Origin: Callorhinchus milii
Lineage: Eukaryota
NCBI RefSeq assembly: GCF_018977255.1
Contig: NW_024704951.1
Span: 1 to 64,000 of the forward strand
DNA length: 64,000 nucleotides
Direction: 5' to 3'
In this document: one piece after another, positions 1-15,000 of the stretch
Layout of the letters: each line of letters opens with the position of its first letter
How positions within the stretch are numbered: the stretch's first letter is position 1
Program-made: the position numbers and the translations under genes
The notes under the pieces: generated by a model
Told to the model about the DNA's origin: nothing
The model's database searches: none
What the model saw: only the letters and a program-made list of their open reading frames with translations

Positions 1-3000
1 TGAAGACGAAAGGATACGCAGGCAATCCGGGACGCTATTGATTCCAATATATGGTTAGTGGTAGTCAAATGTATTAAAGAACCGCAGGTATCGCCGCTCG
101 CCCTGTCTACTTGCCGCACTTACACCTCAGCACCTACCCCTGGGCATATCACCCTGCGTGGTGGGCAACACGTTGATGTTATTATATCAATGATTGCACG
201 GTCAACTGTAAGTCACTTCAGTTAGTTTTCGCCCCCATCGGATAACTATAGATCTCTGACAACCGCGCTTACTAAGGCCGGAGAAGGATCGCCGTAATAT
301 GGTACGGATGAAGGGCTAGGTGATACGATAGTAAGATGCACGGCCTGACCGCTAGTTACATCATCATCAGAAGAGAGGCCCTAGTTAGAGCTTGGTGGGC
401 TTCGACGTGCTACAAGTGATAAGATGCATCGTTCCGCCCGGTAGAATTGGGGAAGCTTTCCCCAATGACCCCTCTGGCTATAAGAGGCCGACGCGTTAGG
501 TGAAACGAACCTATCTCGCGTGCAGAAGTACATACATAATCCCGCCCCCATTACAGCTACTGGCCAATGCTTAGATCAATACCGCTATGCCGCTAAACGG
601 CGTCTTATCTCGTGGATGAATTGAATTAACCGATCGATGCATCTTTTGCAGACTATCAGAGTTACACAGAGAATTGCGCTCGCGGTCTGTCATAACGGCT
701 ATGGTTAATAGCGTATTCCGAACTTAATGGACATTTGTAGATTTTCACATTTGGTGTTTTCAATTCCCGCCCTGCATTCCCCGTCGCACAGTCTTACTCT
801 CTCAAGTTTTCGCGACTGGTAATAACGCCGGGCTTTGAACCCAACATCAGTGAGAAGTTAGGAGCCGTAGCAGGCGGCAACTTTTTTCTACGAGTAACTG
901 GATTAATAGCAAGCGGTTAAATGTAGTGTATGCGCGCATAAAAGCGTTTACTTTTCCTTTGTTACTAAGGATCGTATGTCCTCCACATTTGACATCTGCT
1001 TTACGAGGGATTCGACCTGTGCAGAGCGACCGATAGAGAACAAACTTGCACTCGTGAGCGGGTTCCCTCTTGACGATACGGTCAGCGACGAGCCGATCAC
1101 GACCTTGACACAGCAAGACAGGGGTAGAACCTAACTGAGAGCGAGGTTTTCACAATCGTGGACTGAATGCTTGCAACGGGGGGGCGTTACTTACCTTACT
1201 TCTGCCCGACACTATGGTGAGTCACAAACCCTTGGGTACTTCGGCCACTTATGTATGGAGCGAAGAGGGCATGACAAACAACCACCGTGCCTACTGGACA
1301 CCACTTAGTCATAGGTTTCTCGGACCGAGGTAGGTAATGAGCATACATCACTATGGATCCACGCTACTTAGATTCGAGAGTTCTCGCATACCAAGTGGAC
1401 CTCGACGCTTGGTAGCTCGCTCGCGTGAGGTAGGTGACATTTATCTTCTGGTTGTTTGGCTTTGGCTGCGGAGTTCGAAACTGTTGAATAGCCTTGCGTA
1501 GGGCCGGTGCACATATCTCTGGCAGCCTCCAACGTGATTAGTCGAGGATCTCCAGCAAGGGTCACTCCTACATTAGTAGTCCACCACCCGAATGGTCAAC
1601 TGCTTACGAACTAATACAGTGAGCGACTCTTGCTAGATTAAAACTTATGCCATCTAGGCCGAGCGGGGAGCCAATCATACACGCCATGGAAGTGGGGATT
1701 AGGGCTGATTGGACCTACGAGGACCGTAAACTCCCCGGCTTTCAGTTTTTACGCTTGAGAAATGGGTGGTGGTTACCCCCCAATAAGTGCGGAGACAGTC
1801 CGCAAGGATTTGTAGGCTACAGAACATAGACGATGCCCAGCGTGCTCTCCTTATAGGGATATGCTCTTTTGTTTCCTCGAACTCAATTGTCCTCCGCTCT
1901 GACGTTCGTTGGTTTCTGCATTAAAATCTCTTCATGCGCCCGCGGGATCGCTAAGTGGAGACATAAGCTGACAGAACCCCATGGGTTTAGCTAGTGTAAC
2001 CACAATCCGAGGGGAATATGATCTAGTACAATGACCGGGCTAGGAATAATATCGTTAACGTTCTTGTTCAACCCATTCTGGGATGGAGTTTTTACACTGA
2101 AACAGCATACCCTCTCCTCAAGACTCTGATTTAGCGTCCATGCATATCGACTTATTCAACGGTAGCGTATCGATACGTTCGCTTATTGGAGGCTAGTTTA
2201 CACTATTCACTGCACATACCAGGGGCATCTGCACCGCCTCAGCTAGTTCAGGGGCCCCCTACCCGGGAGATTGATCGTTTCGACAACAAATTGCCTGCAA
2301 CTTCTACTATCCCCTTAATCGGAGCCACGTGTACCCTAGATTAGATGTCCGCACGGTCATCACCGCGGTTAGCCGGGGAGAGAAATGCCCAGCGCATAAC
2401 GCTGGGTAAACAGCCCTTAAAATATTGGTATATACGGTCGGGTTACAGTAGCGCCTGGAGAAATGCATAGACTTGGGCTGGTTCCCCTCTTTACTGCCGT
2501 TAGCGGGTAGCCAGACTCGCCGTGCTAGGTACCGGCACTCACTAGAGATGAACGACCCGCAGTGTCTGAAACACTTCACGCAGAGAAAGAGGCTCAGACG
2601 TCCTTAGGACCGGATAAATGTATGTTCCCTCAAGCTAGGGAGATCTGGCACCGCTTATGTCCTTTTTTTTCATACATATCAGTTTGTTTGGGAGCTCGCA
2701 GCGAGTGATAAAGGCGGTTGGTGATAGCCCTTCAAATCCCTGAGTCGCGCCAGAGCTTAGTTGCTAGTGAAAGAAATCCTAGACGTGTCCACGCGCGAGT
2801 GGCGTAGGGCCAGAAAGAGCCCGTGCGTCGAACTGAACACGTGTGAAAGCTCCAGCCTTCAGAGCATGATGCGAGATATTTGATCTGCTTATGTGTATTT
2901 CTGGCGTAAGATTTAATCCTTAAGGACTCCCTTACTCGCGCCTAACCGCCACTGACGATTACAATACCGGAGGAAACTCACCCGGCTCAGCACTAACGTT

Positions 3001-6000
3001 ATGCCGTTGCCGCTGATCGGTCGGTTCGATGAGTACTATATGAGCGCACCATAAGACGCGTCCGTAATTAGACGCGACGCCTAGCACGCCCCCCGTCTGA
3101 CTTTACCACGGTCAGAAGTGTGCCGGACATATCCACATCCTAGCCAATTTTAGAGGCGTATTTGTTTGCCCCGAAGACAGGCTTCTGGTTCAAAGGGTCA
3201 GCTTTCGCACTGAAGGCGAGCAATTCCTTAGTCGCGGCCGGGTCCTTCTAGTCGGAGTTTATCCAAAACACGCTAACTGAAGGGGTGATCCAAGAGGTCA
3301 CATGTCGTATTGTGTATTGACGGTTTAGCTGAGTTATTGACGTACCCGATATGAAGAAGACTAATTTTATCTGTACTAAAGCCCTTTCGCCGTCGGGTAA
3401 ATCTTATATGAGGCGCCGAGTGATGAGTTTATCTCCACAAGCCTGTTATAGCGTTTTTATTGCATTACACTGTTACTTTGGATCACGTTGATGATTGAGC
3501 ATTGTGCCAGAAAGAGCGCTAGGTCCCTTACCCGTAATGTCGCACCTATGTCATCCATAATGCCCAATACTACATAATCAGTCTAACAGACGTGCGTAAT
3601 TTGTGGCGATTATCGGTCATTTCATACTGGGCTGGTAACACACCCAAGAGGGTTCCTGTACCAGCTATCTACATAGGTTCCTGTTAAAATGATTCATCCT
3701 GCATGGTTGAGCTGGAGGCCGGAGGTTTCAATCAGGTCCAAATGAATTGGATTGACCTATAAGTATCGGCCCAATGACTCGTAAAAACTATAACGTGTCA
3801 AAACAGTTGAAGTGAAATCTTTGGGATTCAAAGAGTGATCTCCGAGGCTGATGATAAGGTCCGTGACGGTCTAATAGTCCCACACTCTGTAGCGTGCAGA
3901 ACCGTGGGCTCCAGTTGCGATCGCCCGGTCCTACCAATTGTCTACTTGCCGATAACGTGTCCTGGACCTAAAGGTAATGTGTTTGTCCAAGTAGACAGTG
4001 TCGACTAGGTTGAGCGATTACATCGTCGCTTCAAATTCTACATTTAAGTGCAAACGGGGCAGTACTATTGGCGGTCCCTATTAAAAAAAGGCACCGACCG
4101 ACCGCCATGGCGATATGTATGTACATCCATCAGGAAAGAGATCGTCCGCGTCTCGTAATTTCACCCTTGAGCTGGGCAGCCGGATGTAGCTAAACCACGG
4201 CTTCAGGTAGGACACAGAATAACCGGTGGCGGAAACCCATATTTGCAAACTGGCCCACTGCTGACAAACGCTTGATCCGCGTGAATCAGTGAACACTGTT
4301 GCTCAGCGGTCCAGATAAGCGACCCTTGCCAAGGCAGCGCAGCTATCTATGAGATCGTGCACTCTTGAGTTGTCTGAGTATTCTAAATTCACATTCTTGC
4401 TTCCAACTGGGTAACAGGCTCCTTCAGACGGGATCACGGGTTGAGTGGCACACTTGGTGCTGGGTGCTTCTGTACAGCAAACTATAATAACCGGGGGGCA
4501 TGGAGCTTGGTCCCGCTGCCAAACACGCCGGTGCCACAACAGATGACAGGGCACGCCAAACTTGTGGGCTACGGAACGCGTGCAACGGAGGATATCGGTT
4601 CGTCAGACGTTTGACTCGCGGGCCTTGCGGTCAGTATAGCCTTTTCGCCTATAGCACTTTACATCCGCAATATTCCCACGTGCGGCGCTACCGGGATTTC
4701 ATTTTCGGACGGTGTCCAGGTTTTACTGGCGTTTTACCAAAAGTTGAATCTGTTCTGACCGGGTGTCCTACTTCCGAGGCACGCTTTTGTTTGGGTACCC
4801 TCGCGGGAGGAACAGCGTTATTGAGACGTGAGCTGCAAGAGCCTTCCGACAATTTGTAGCGTTGTAGGCAATTCTTGAGGGAAAACTATGCCTTTCAGGA
4901 ACGTGCTCTCGTCACGGCTGAGAGCTAGAACGTAACACCTCAAGTGTACCCCAAAGCGTCCGCGAGAGCCTGGTTTTATTTGCTGGAATGTCAGTTAAAG
5001 ACGGTCAACGGAGATCTGCACGTCCTTAATAAATAGTGCATGAACTGGACGCTTAAGCACCAGGTCTAAAGACTACGTCTGCGTAGGCTGTCAAAATATA
5101 CAGGGATTGCGGGGACCCCGTCATGCCGGGGGCTGCGGACAATATGTCTACTACTGACAACTCATACCACGTACCAAGTACGGGAAATCGCTCGGCTGGT
5201 CTCCCCGGCAAGCGGAGATCTACGACAAAAGTGGTCCCCGGCCTGATTTTATAATAAGCCATTGGGAGGGTAATAATAGGGTTTGCAATTGACAAAGCGA
5301 CCCCGCTATCGCCCTTGGCTGTTCACGCCGTCCCGGCTACGGTTCGCATCGAAAGCCTAAGTGTTTTGAAATAACAAGTACGAGGGTAGCCGTGCTAGTG
5401 GGGTGGTAATGGAAGTACTTGTTTGTTAAACACAGGAGACACGAGGTCCGAATGCTCACATACAGTATCATGTCGCAGGGTGAATCTGAAAGAGTAGTAG
5501 CGGAAGCCATAGGTGGCAAGCATAAAACCGTTTACGGGTGTTCCACTGCTAGACCGACCCAGACCTCCTCTGCCTACCGAGTCGTGATGGGCGTGGTGCG
5601 AACGTGCTAGCGTAAGACGGAACTAGTTTATGCTCTCTGATTAGTGCCCACAGCGGCCATGAAGAATACGTACACCCGTGTGCGTGTACTGTCGAGTGGG
5701 ACAAAATTAAAGGCAGAATTTGGCAAAAGAACTTACATGTAAGGATGAATTATCATGGGCTACACGGCACCTCGTCAGCTGACTGTCATACTTAGAGTAT
5801 CGAGTATTAGCCTCGTCTGTCTCTCCAGTGGCACAACCCCCATTTTCCGTAGAAACAGCGTGCACGCGATCGGGACGCTGGGTCATAGTTCAACTATTAC
5901 TCACTAGAAGATTCCGACGAAAAATGCTAAGCTCTACTAACGACATTGGACAAGCAAGCCACAGCATGCACCGAGCGAGCATGGCCGGATACGGGAACAC

Positions 6001-9000
6001 CCCGAGTACCCCTCCTACAATGACACGATGTAGTGTGATGCATCCTGTAACCGTGTGCTGACCTGTAGCGGAAAATTTAGTAGACTAGCTATGGGCTTGC
6101 TTCCGATGGTTCGCAAAATTGTTTGCCACTGGTCTTGGCGTGCTCCCCGTGGCCAGCGCTAGGCGGGTATGTGGTCCTGTTAAAGTCAAGGATTGCCAGC
6201 TTTGTTCAACGCTAGGCACACGTGACTGTACAGCAATAGGCGCTAAGACACTTTGGGCGGGGTAGCGTTCGTAGGCTACTATAAAATAATTGCTGTGAGC
6301 AGACCGACGTGGGCCCTGACACGTAGCAGAACAAAGGGTTACGTACAGACTGGTGAGCCCCTTCGTTTGATATGGCGGTCCATGCATGAGTCCCGCTAAC
6401 ATTGCTGATGTGTCACGCCTGCGAGGTTCGGTCAACGTTTCAGCCGCGTCCACCGCCAATGGGTATAGAACTACACACGGCAACGACGGGAGGCGCGGTA
6501 ATAATGCCGAAGGCAAGGTCTTATCTGGGAGGGGACCTGTTGGGCGCTGAGGCACGTAAGACTCATCAGTAACCGAAAACATTTGCAACGGGGCGATGGG
6601 CTTGGTACTCTTGAAAGCTAGCACACGGTCAACTGCTTTTGGGTGACGCTCCACAGAGCACGTTGATTAACAAATGTTACGGCTCGCTAGTACATTGCAC
6701 GAGCCCATCGCCGCAGAAACAGTTATCATGCACACGTTAAGTCCGGGATACCCATGTGAGCTTAGGGGAATCTAGGTAGCATATGAAGCTTTGTTGACCT
6801 TGGACCAGCCTGTAAGCGAGGCTGAGTGTCAGATAGGTAACTGATTCCGAGGGAGCTCCTGAATCTGCCAGGTTCTATACAAAGCGGGGAAGCGCAGTGC
6901 TTAGGCAAATAAGACCGTGCCCGCCTTCAATCTGCCTAGAGTTTAATGGATTTTTGTGCATCTTGATGTCGACCGCCTTGAATCGGTTGAGCATTCGCTT
7001 CGTCTGCTAGGGCGGGACTAGCAACGTACGGCATAAGAGGATATGCTCTCACTTGAATATGGGCATGCCTAGTCTTTCTAGGGGTCATCGAATCGAGCAC
7101 AATGGGAGCACGAGGGTTCATTTAGGGCAGTCTATGACAGTTCATGACATCAACATAAGTTATCGTTCATCTGTTGCTAAGTTGGGCTTCCGAAAAGATA
7201 GACGTAGGTACGTAGTCAGTGAAACGCCCCGCGGTCCCAGTCCCGTACATTCTGGTACAGCACGGGCTAAACACCACCCCTTATGCCATATCGGAGTGTC
7301 GTTAATTATTAGTTCACTTTATTCCGCTAACAGGAGTACTAGCTTATTTGTTTCGGTGTTACGTGCTTTTCATCGCGAGACATTAAGGTCCATCAAACCA
7401 CTGGAGGATAACAAGTTTAATTTCCATCCACTAGTGCGATTCAGCGGTGCTGGTCGCGCTGAAGGTTTGCCTCTTAGCCATGGTCTCGTAAAAGCGGTGT
7501 TCACGGACCATCATATAATCAAAAGGAACGGGCCGAGATGTCCCCTCGTCCATGAATGGTAATCGTTAACTACTGAGACTAATCGCGTTTTATTCGTTAG
7601 GGTACAAATCTCCCTGCCATCCAAAACCGGCCGAGTTTCATGATGTCCATTTAGAATCGATAACAATAATTGCAGAAGTTTGCATGTCTGGTCGGGTAGT
7701 CTCCATAATGCGAAGCTCTACAACCGCGACCGACGTACGTTATGCGTGCTAGAGTTCGACCTAACATTAACAGTTGTAATGTTCTCTGGTGTACTCGACT
7801 AAATACTTGATCTGCCGCTCTTTTTGGTAGGCGGATGCATCAACCAGGCGGGTTATATTTGCCTAAATGGTTCGTGCAACCTGTCCTTTGGTGCCCCAAT
7901 TCCCGATCGCGTAAACAGGACATATTACACTATCATGTAGGAGTGGGAATATGTTCCAGTTAGTTGATAACTAACGGTTAAAGGATGGAACTAAACGGGG
8001 TTACTTTATGAACCAAGTACCTGTAGTCTCTTAGTGAGTATTGCGTGCGCAGATACGTACTCTTCGCGGTCCTTCTGGCAAGGTTTACAAACCATTGAAA
8101 GTGTTATCAGAAGTATGTAGTTGGCAGCTAATTCGCTGTTTTGGTAACTGAAACATTGGTGTACGTGGAAATATGTGACTCTGTGAAACCGACCCAGGGC
8201 CCTGGGTTCCCTTAGTTTGCACACCAGACGTGCCTTAATATCAAGAACTTATGTCGATAAACTCTCTGGCGCCAGCCGTCTGCACTCGGTAGGAGCTATC
8301 TGAGTTCACTACCGCATCGGTTTTTTCAATCGCATCTACGTCGATTACTGGCAACTACAGACCTTCCGAAAATCCCAGTACGAACCCATTTATCGCCATC
8401 TGTACCTGTCCACAATGACGTCCCGCAGGTTTTCCAGGTGCTCAGCGTCCTATTGTAATAAGGGAGACGAAAAGCTTACGGGGTGTATGAATGAAACTGT
8501 TCGAAGGACTGTATGGCACCCAGGTAACCTCCGTAAAGGGGAACCCAAGGTATGCAGACACTGGCAGCCACCTAGTATTACACTCTTGAACCTGTTCTTT
8601 CCTTCGTCAAACCAAAGTGTATTACAATCAGTCATCGTAAGTTCCGGCAACACACAACCCAGCCTCCTCTGCAGATACACTACCTGCATTCACCTAAACA
8701 CGGGAGTGCGTATAGTTTCCAAGAGAGTGATCTTGTTTACCCAGCGGAAGCGCCGTGTTCCGGGCGTGTGGGTCCGGAACTGATCTACGGCAAGCGCCTA
8801 CCACCTGTGGCCCTACACAAGCCAAGCAGGTGGTCGTTTCCGGCGACCAGCCCGGGACAGTCAGGAAGATGGTCTGCCCGGAATTGGAACGTAGGTACAG
8901 TGCCCCCACTTTATCCACTCATATGCGTCTCACGCTGGGACTATACCATTGACGCAGCAACGGCTCAAGGGACGAAATAGGAGACCAGCCGTATGGTTCA

Positions 9001-12000
9001 CCACTGAGGTACGTATCTAGAGCAAAGAAGCCGATTAGCACATATAGGACAAGGAAAGCGTTGCGCCAAATAGGGATGGACGACGGGCGGGACTGGTAGG
9101 CCATTGCTAAGCATGTCGACAAGGCGTATTGTGTGCTGTCCACTACTGAAGGTGTAAGGCTTCACTGTCCCGAATACAATATGTATACACCATAATCGTC
9201 TGCAGTCTCTTCACACAACACGAAAACTTGCTCCCATCGGCTCTAGGTCTGGCGTCATTGATGAACGAGCAAAATCACGTAAGGGTATTTATGTCCGTGC
9301 TCATAATTTGAACACACGTACTTGCCGTACTGGCAGCATTTTTAGTGCACCGGAAGGTTACTCACAGGTTCTAACTCAAGCAAAGAGACCACATGTTGCG
9401 CGCCGCGGATCATTAATTCCGCTACAGCTGGGGCCTACTTAGAAAGTCCCACTTGTGCGTGGTTCGCTTGAGACCGTCCCCCGACACGTAAAGGTAAAAT
9501 TCGGGACGGAAGAACGGACGCTCCATTCTGGGCGCGAACACCAACGACGAAATAGGCGAGCTGAAATTCCTATCCCTAGAATCGGCATGAGTTGCGTATA
9601 GATTGTCTCTCTCAACCACTGGCTTAGAGATTAGCAATGGCAGGAACCCATCTGAACAACGTCTCCCAACCTTTACGTCCTGCGCTTACATACTGGACGA
9701 CCCAGTAACGTTTTACACCGCTGACGAAGACAAACCGACTTGTCCTGATAAGAGCTCGCAAAAAGACGTCCGAATGTACCATAGAACAGGGCTTACTTAA
9801 GCTTTTGCCTTCCAGAGCTCAATCGTAAATTCAGCTACTTGTTTCTTCAGCACTACTCAGCCTTACCTAATGTGATAAGGTCTGGGCCAATCAACGCGTA
9901 GCGTTAACACAAAGTGCCCCAGAGGACCTTATTGGCGACTATACTCACCTAAAGCTAAACGACTTGGAAAGAGCCCTGAAGTCCTTTGCATCTCTAAGAA
10001 CCGTTACTCATAAGCTCGCGGTTTAGGCAGTTACCCCTTCCCTCCGGGTCGAAGAAAGTACCCACCCAGTTATTGTGACGCCCATACCTTGTATCATGGT
10101 CCAATGGGCTAGTCAGCCATGCTGAGGACCTAGGACTGAATAGATCACAAGCGTCGTCTCAGGCTATAGTAGCTTGGTCAAAAAGGGATCGCCTCTGGCC
10201 CGATGGCGAGATCTATGCCGGACTCACAACGATGAACCCCACTACAGGGACTTGGGCCAAGTCTACATAGACGGCCGACAAGAGACGGAGTATCTATAGC
10301 TACAGCCCTGTAGAAGACGCTGTCGTGTTCGCCAGCAGTACACCCTCGCGCTGTGGATTTAGCGAGCTCGAGCTGCGATTATAACTTGCTAGGGCTGAGG
10401 CGTGCATGGCCATCGCCGGATTGAGAGTGCAAATAAATATGCTGCCGATACTTAGAACGGCGCTTTAAATATGATCGGAGAAAGGAGCACCGTGAGTATC
10501 AACTGTCAGCATTAGTGGGCGTGCACACACGAATTCGTTACGTGACAGCCGACCGGGTCCGGATCTCCATGGTAGATCTCACCGATCTGCTGGTCTTAGA
10601 TTGCCGTTGTACTTGCCCAGGGGGGTTTACAGTGAGACCCACCCGATATCTAATATCATAATGCAACGACAGATATATTTTGAATTCTGCCTCCCTATGG
10701 GTACCTATAAACAGTTCTGTACAATTGCAGCACTAATGGTTGTAAGTTGTCTATGAACTACGTTCTAGAGTATTGGAACGTGCAGATAGACACTTACACT
10801 TATGCAAAAGGGAAAATTCGGAGCGAACAACCATCTGACGCCGCCGAAAGCACAGACTGCATTTATGTCCAAATAACGGTTCATTCGCACAGGAAATGCT
10901 GATTCTCAGGTTCACTGGGTACATGGGGGTTTATGCTCCCTCGACAGAAGTGAGTTAGAGCCCGTGAGTCACTCCTCACGCCTATGAACATACCTGGACG
11001 GCCCCCTTATAAGACCTCGCTCTGGTTTGGACCCACCAGTAGTCATCATGGTATCCGCCGTATGGGACTGCCGGAGTTCCTGCGAGACCCCTGCGGCACT
11101 CAAGTTCGTGCCGATTGCGTCACTGTCAATTTGACCTATCCGTCAGCTAAGATTCAAATACCCGACTCACCCCGCCAAACAAGTCTTCTATTCCTAGATC
11201 CTGGAGCAAAAGTGTCCTTCTCAATTTCAGATCTCTGGCCAAACGATCTGCCATTAATGGAGCCTCAGATTTTGCTACGTCGATGTGCTGTATGAAATGG
11301 TAAAGCAATGTACCGGGCGCGAGAACAAACCCGTTCCCATATGACGCGGATCTGATCTCACCAGAGGCACAACCAATACGATTTAGTACGAGTAACCTTT
11401 GCGTGCCCTGGTTTACACGATTGGTTGGCCTCAAGGCTTATCGCGATTATTCTATGTGTCCTTCCCACCTCGGGATCAATGTGACCAATGCGGATCCGGT
11501 CGAATCAGGAGGCTGATGTGTGCATATGGAATGAATTACCTAAAAAGCTTCTTGTTGATGTTCAAAGGCGGATGAGTGTACGGCATTACTCTTGGCTACA
11601 TACGATCAACATTGCGTATTTAAATATAATCGACAACAGATTATATTTGTACAATATAGGCTGCGATCGCAACTTACATCGTCACTTCTTATGAATGCAA
11701 CCTAACCAGAACTCTTGACCGAGCGCCATATTGACTGCGCCGCCAAGGGGCTAAGGAAAAGCTTGAATTGTGCGCGTCGAGTGCGTCATTACATCCTGAC
11801 TGCTTGAACCCGATCAGAACGCCTCCTCCCTAGGGGAGCGCCCGCTAAGGAATATGTCTTCACGTCCGCTACTACCATTTCGGGATATGGCATGTCTTTT
11901 TACGCAGCATTCAAGGTTCCGGGAACCTCTAGCGCCTGTTGGAAATCTGGCTCCAATCCCCATAATGGTGGCGTTGAATGTTGTCCCACGGCCCGACGCA

Positions 12001-15000
12001 CCCCAGATCTCCTCTCGATACTATTCCCCGATAGAGAAAAAATCAGTACTCAAATTTCGAGGCGACCTGCAATCAATTTTTCCTGTAGATAAAGTAAAGA
12101 GTATACGTCGAGGGAAACACACCTTAAGCATGGAGAAGCACTGAAACACCTGGGGGTAGCTCTTATACGATACTTAACCCCTACTTACCTTCATTCATTA
12201 GGATCACGACCATATATTCTACTCAATCGCTCGCTCAGCCCTGGCTAAATCAGGACAACCCACGTGAATTTGTGTCAGCTGTCCTGTAGGTACCCGCACC
12301 GCGTAGACATAACTCAAAAGCAAATCAGCGCCTTCAAGGGCGGTTTTGGTAAGCGCGCCATGATACTTCAGCTGCGGGGTGCGATACGTCACTCGCCCTT
12401 GACTATAAGCTATATGACCAACACAGTCTACAGCGCTTGCAAAAACCAAAACAGTGCATCCAAGTTTGAGACTGGCCTTTACATGTACGTGCCATAACGG
12501 TAGACATGGTGACCACTGCACAACCGGTGATCCCTCAGCATTAGAATGGGGAGCCCCGGAGACGAACAGCGACTCGAGAAGCAAAGCCCAAGATTATATC
12601 GGGCGTCGGCTAAGGTCCTGATTTATAGCGTCTAAGTTCCGGCCAACATGTTCAGGTTTATATCCATCATGAGTACTATATGCCATCATAAGTGTGGTCA
12701 TTTTGGTAAAGCCGATGGGGCAGCACTTAACGATACAAGGAGAATGAGCACGTTTACGAAAGCAGATAGCGCTCGCTGGCGGTCCATGACATAACCTATG
12801 TAAACGACCCTTTGTACCAATTCGCTTGTCCAGCTGTCTACAGGTACCAAAAAAGCATCCAATTAAGTACATTCCTATATGTCGAGGCGTGGTTTGTTAG
12901 TCGACAATCAACAGAATCCAGGGTTCTGCGCCTATCTCTGCCGTGAATACTTGTAGGTCTGGTGAACTCAAAGCGGTAGGGTAGCTCGCCAATGCGCATA
13001 CTATGTACATTCGGCGCGTTTAGCGCCGATCATACTACTTCCCTAACAAACAACGTTAGATACATTTATCGTATGTAATCCCTTAAGTGAGATATTCATT
13101 AAAAGTAAAACGGATAGCATTTGCGAGATAGATCAGGGTTGTGTAAACTATAAACAGCGTTGCTCGCCCCCATCGTCCGTTTGCCTGCCATACGAATCTC
13201 GTCTTTTGACCCGAGAGCAGATTTAATCCGCTACTCTTAGTTCGAGCTGGCGGGTACGGGATTCACCAATAGCCTGACTGGTGACTGAATTCAGCTGTCA
13301 ACCCGCCTAACGCAGAAGCCTTGCAAATAGAGACTTTGGCCATCTAGAGCCCCTTTCGCCTCCCCACGCCGACGAGCGTGAAAGATGAGACTCACCTCCT
13401 AGTTCTATCGCGACACGGAGAGCTAGAAATGAAAGACAGACTGGGCAGTATATCTGCCCTGTCTTGATGCATTGTACGTCTCCAGATACTGGGAGAGTGA
13501 GCATCGGTTTGCCATGCGCGACGTGAGGTCGTCCCACCTAAACGCAATGAGTGCGCTTAACCAAAGTTCTGTTTAGAAAGAACCATAAGAAGACTAAGTA
13601 TACGTAAGTTGTACTTACAAGTCCAAGCTAGAGTCGACCAAGGTTACGTTCATACTACGGCTGCGCACAAGACACGCGGGGATCGACCAGCATGGTCTTA
13701 ACATTTAGGATCTAGATTCGGGCTTCGTAGCTAAAGGCATGTAACTGTCCCGGACATTCAATCTCAGGTTGAGGCCGGAATAAACTACGTCTTTAAGTCC
13801 GTCTCCTTTTGACGTTTTTATACTCGTGAAGAGTATGGTTTCGTCGACCCTGGGCTATTGGGAAAGAAAGAGTGTACGAGACATGCACATTGGCGTCCCA
13901 ACCATACGGCTAGGGTTACTATGCAGTCTCTTACTGCTAAAAAAGCTCCACAAACTCGTTTTGTCACCGAGTCGTAATCATGAATATGCGGCTAAAACGG
14001 TTCCTTTAAGTTCTCCTGGGTTTAAACCGCCAATTTAAATCAGCAACGGGTAAGGCGTTTCCGAATACAATATTAAATGCATCTGAGTCGCCTACTTTTC
14101 ACGACAGCCGACGTGTCATCGAATATATCTGGAGCTTGAAACATACTGGCACAACGTGTAAACTCCTACGTAACTCTACCGTAAGGGAATAAAGCATGTG
14201 AGGCCTGGGTCTCATACAGTGTCGCCAAGATGGACGACTACCGATCGAACTAGCTAAGTCACCACGGCCCACCGACCTCTACTAAGATAGCACTTAAGGA
14301 ATTTCCACCTCTACCCGCCGGTTCAAGATAGCACGTTATCCGTTGGGCAATGCGCCCATCGAGGAGACGGGATCGCGACTGTTTAACGCTTCCTTGATAA
14401 AGAGTTCTGAACGGATAAAGAAGTCTCCAGGAAATTCCAATAGGGTGGCAATTTACCGGCTTAACCCTAGAATGGAGGTGGCATAGGTAACAATAACCGT
14501 GTGAAAGTGCGGTCGATTAGCTACACAGGGTTGTCAATCACGAAGCCCTTGAAGGGAACAATGTCCCTTAGCTCTAAGAATTTAGGGGCGCCTTCGACAC
14601 CGCCACATGATGATGGCAGATAAAAGCGCGCTATTATTGATTACGGCTTAGTGATTCGTTGATTTGTTGCAATTCTGTTACGCCTAGGGATTGCCTGGTC
14701 ATTGCTCCCGTAGGCCCATGCTGGGAGAACGACGCACATTTGCGTCCTCCCTCGTCACGAATACCCACAGGTACGCGGCTCAGTAGCATTTCTGAATTCG
14801 ACCGTTTATCCTCGGGAAGTCGGGCCCCGAGTCAGTCTTCACGATTTATCCCCAATTCATACACTTATCATAGTTAGAGACAGGAACGCTCAGTGGGCGA
14901 GGACTTTACGACCTAATTGGAATGCACAGCTAGAATGAATGATCGTTGACACCCACGGAAGACGAACCAGCGAGATTGAGAAATCACCAAGTGATGAACT

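Noticed and set aside
104-3951. 13-mer TGTCTACTTGCCG at ~104 and ~3939
   Set aside because: Several 13-mer coincidences are expected in 25 kb, and there is no extension or periodicity.
6085-7562. Longest ORFs of the first block (189 aa minus, 169 aa plus)
   Set aside because: No motifs, composition typical of random translation, and lengths plausible by chance in 25 kb.
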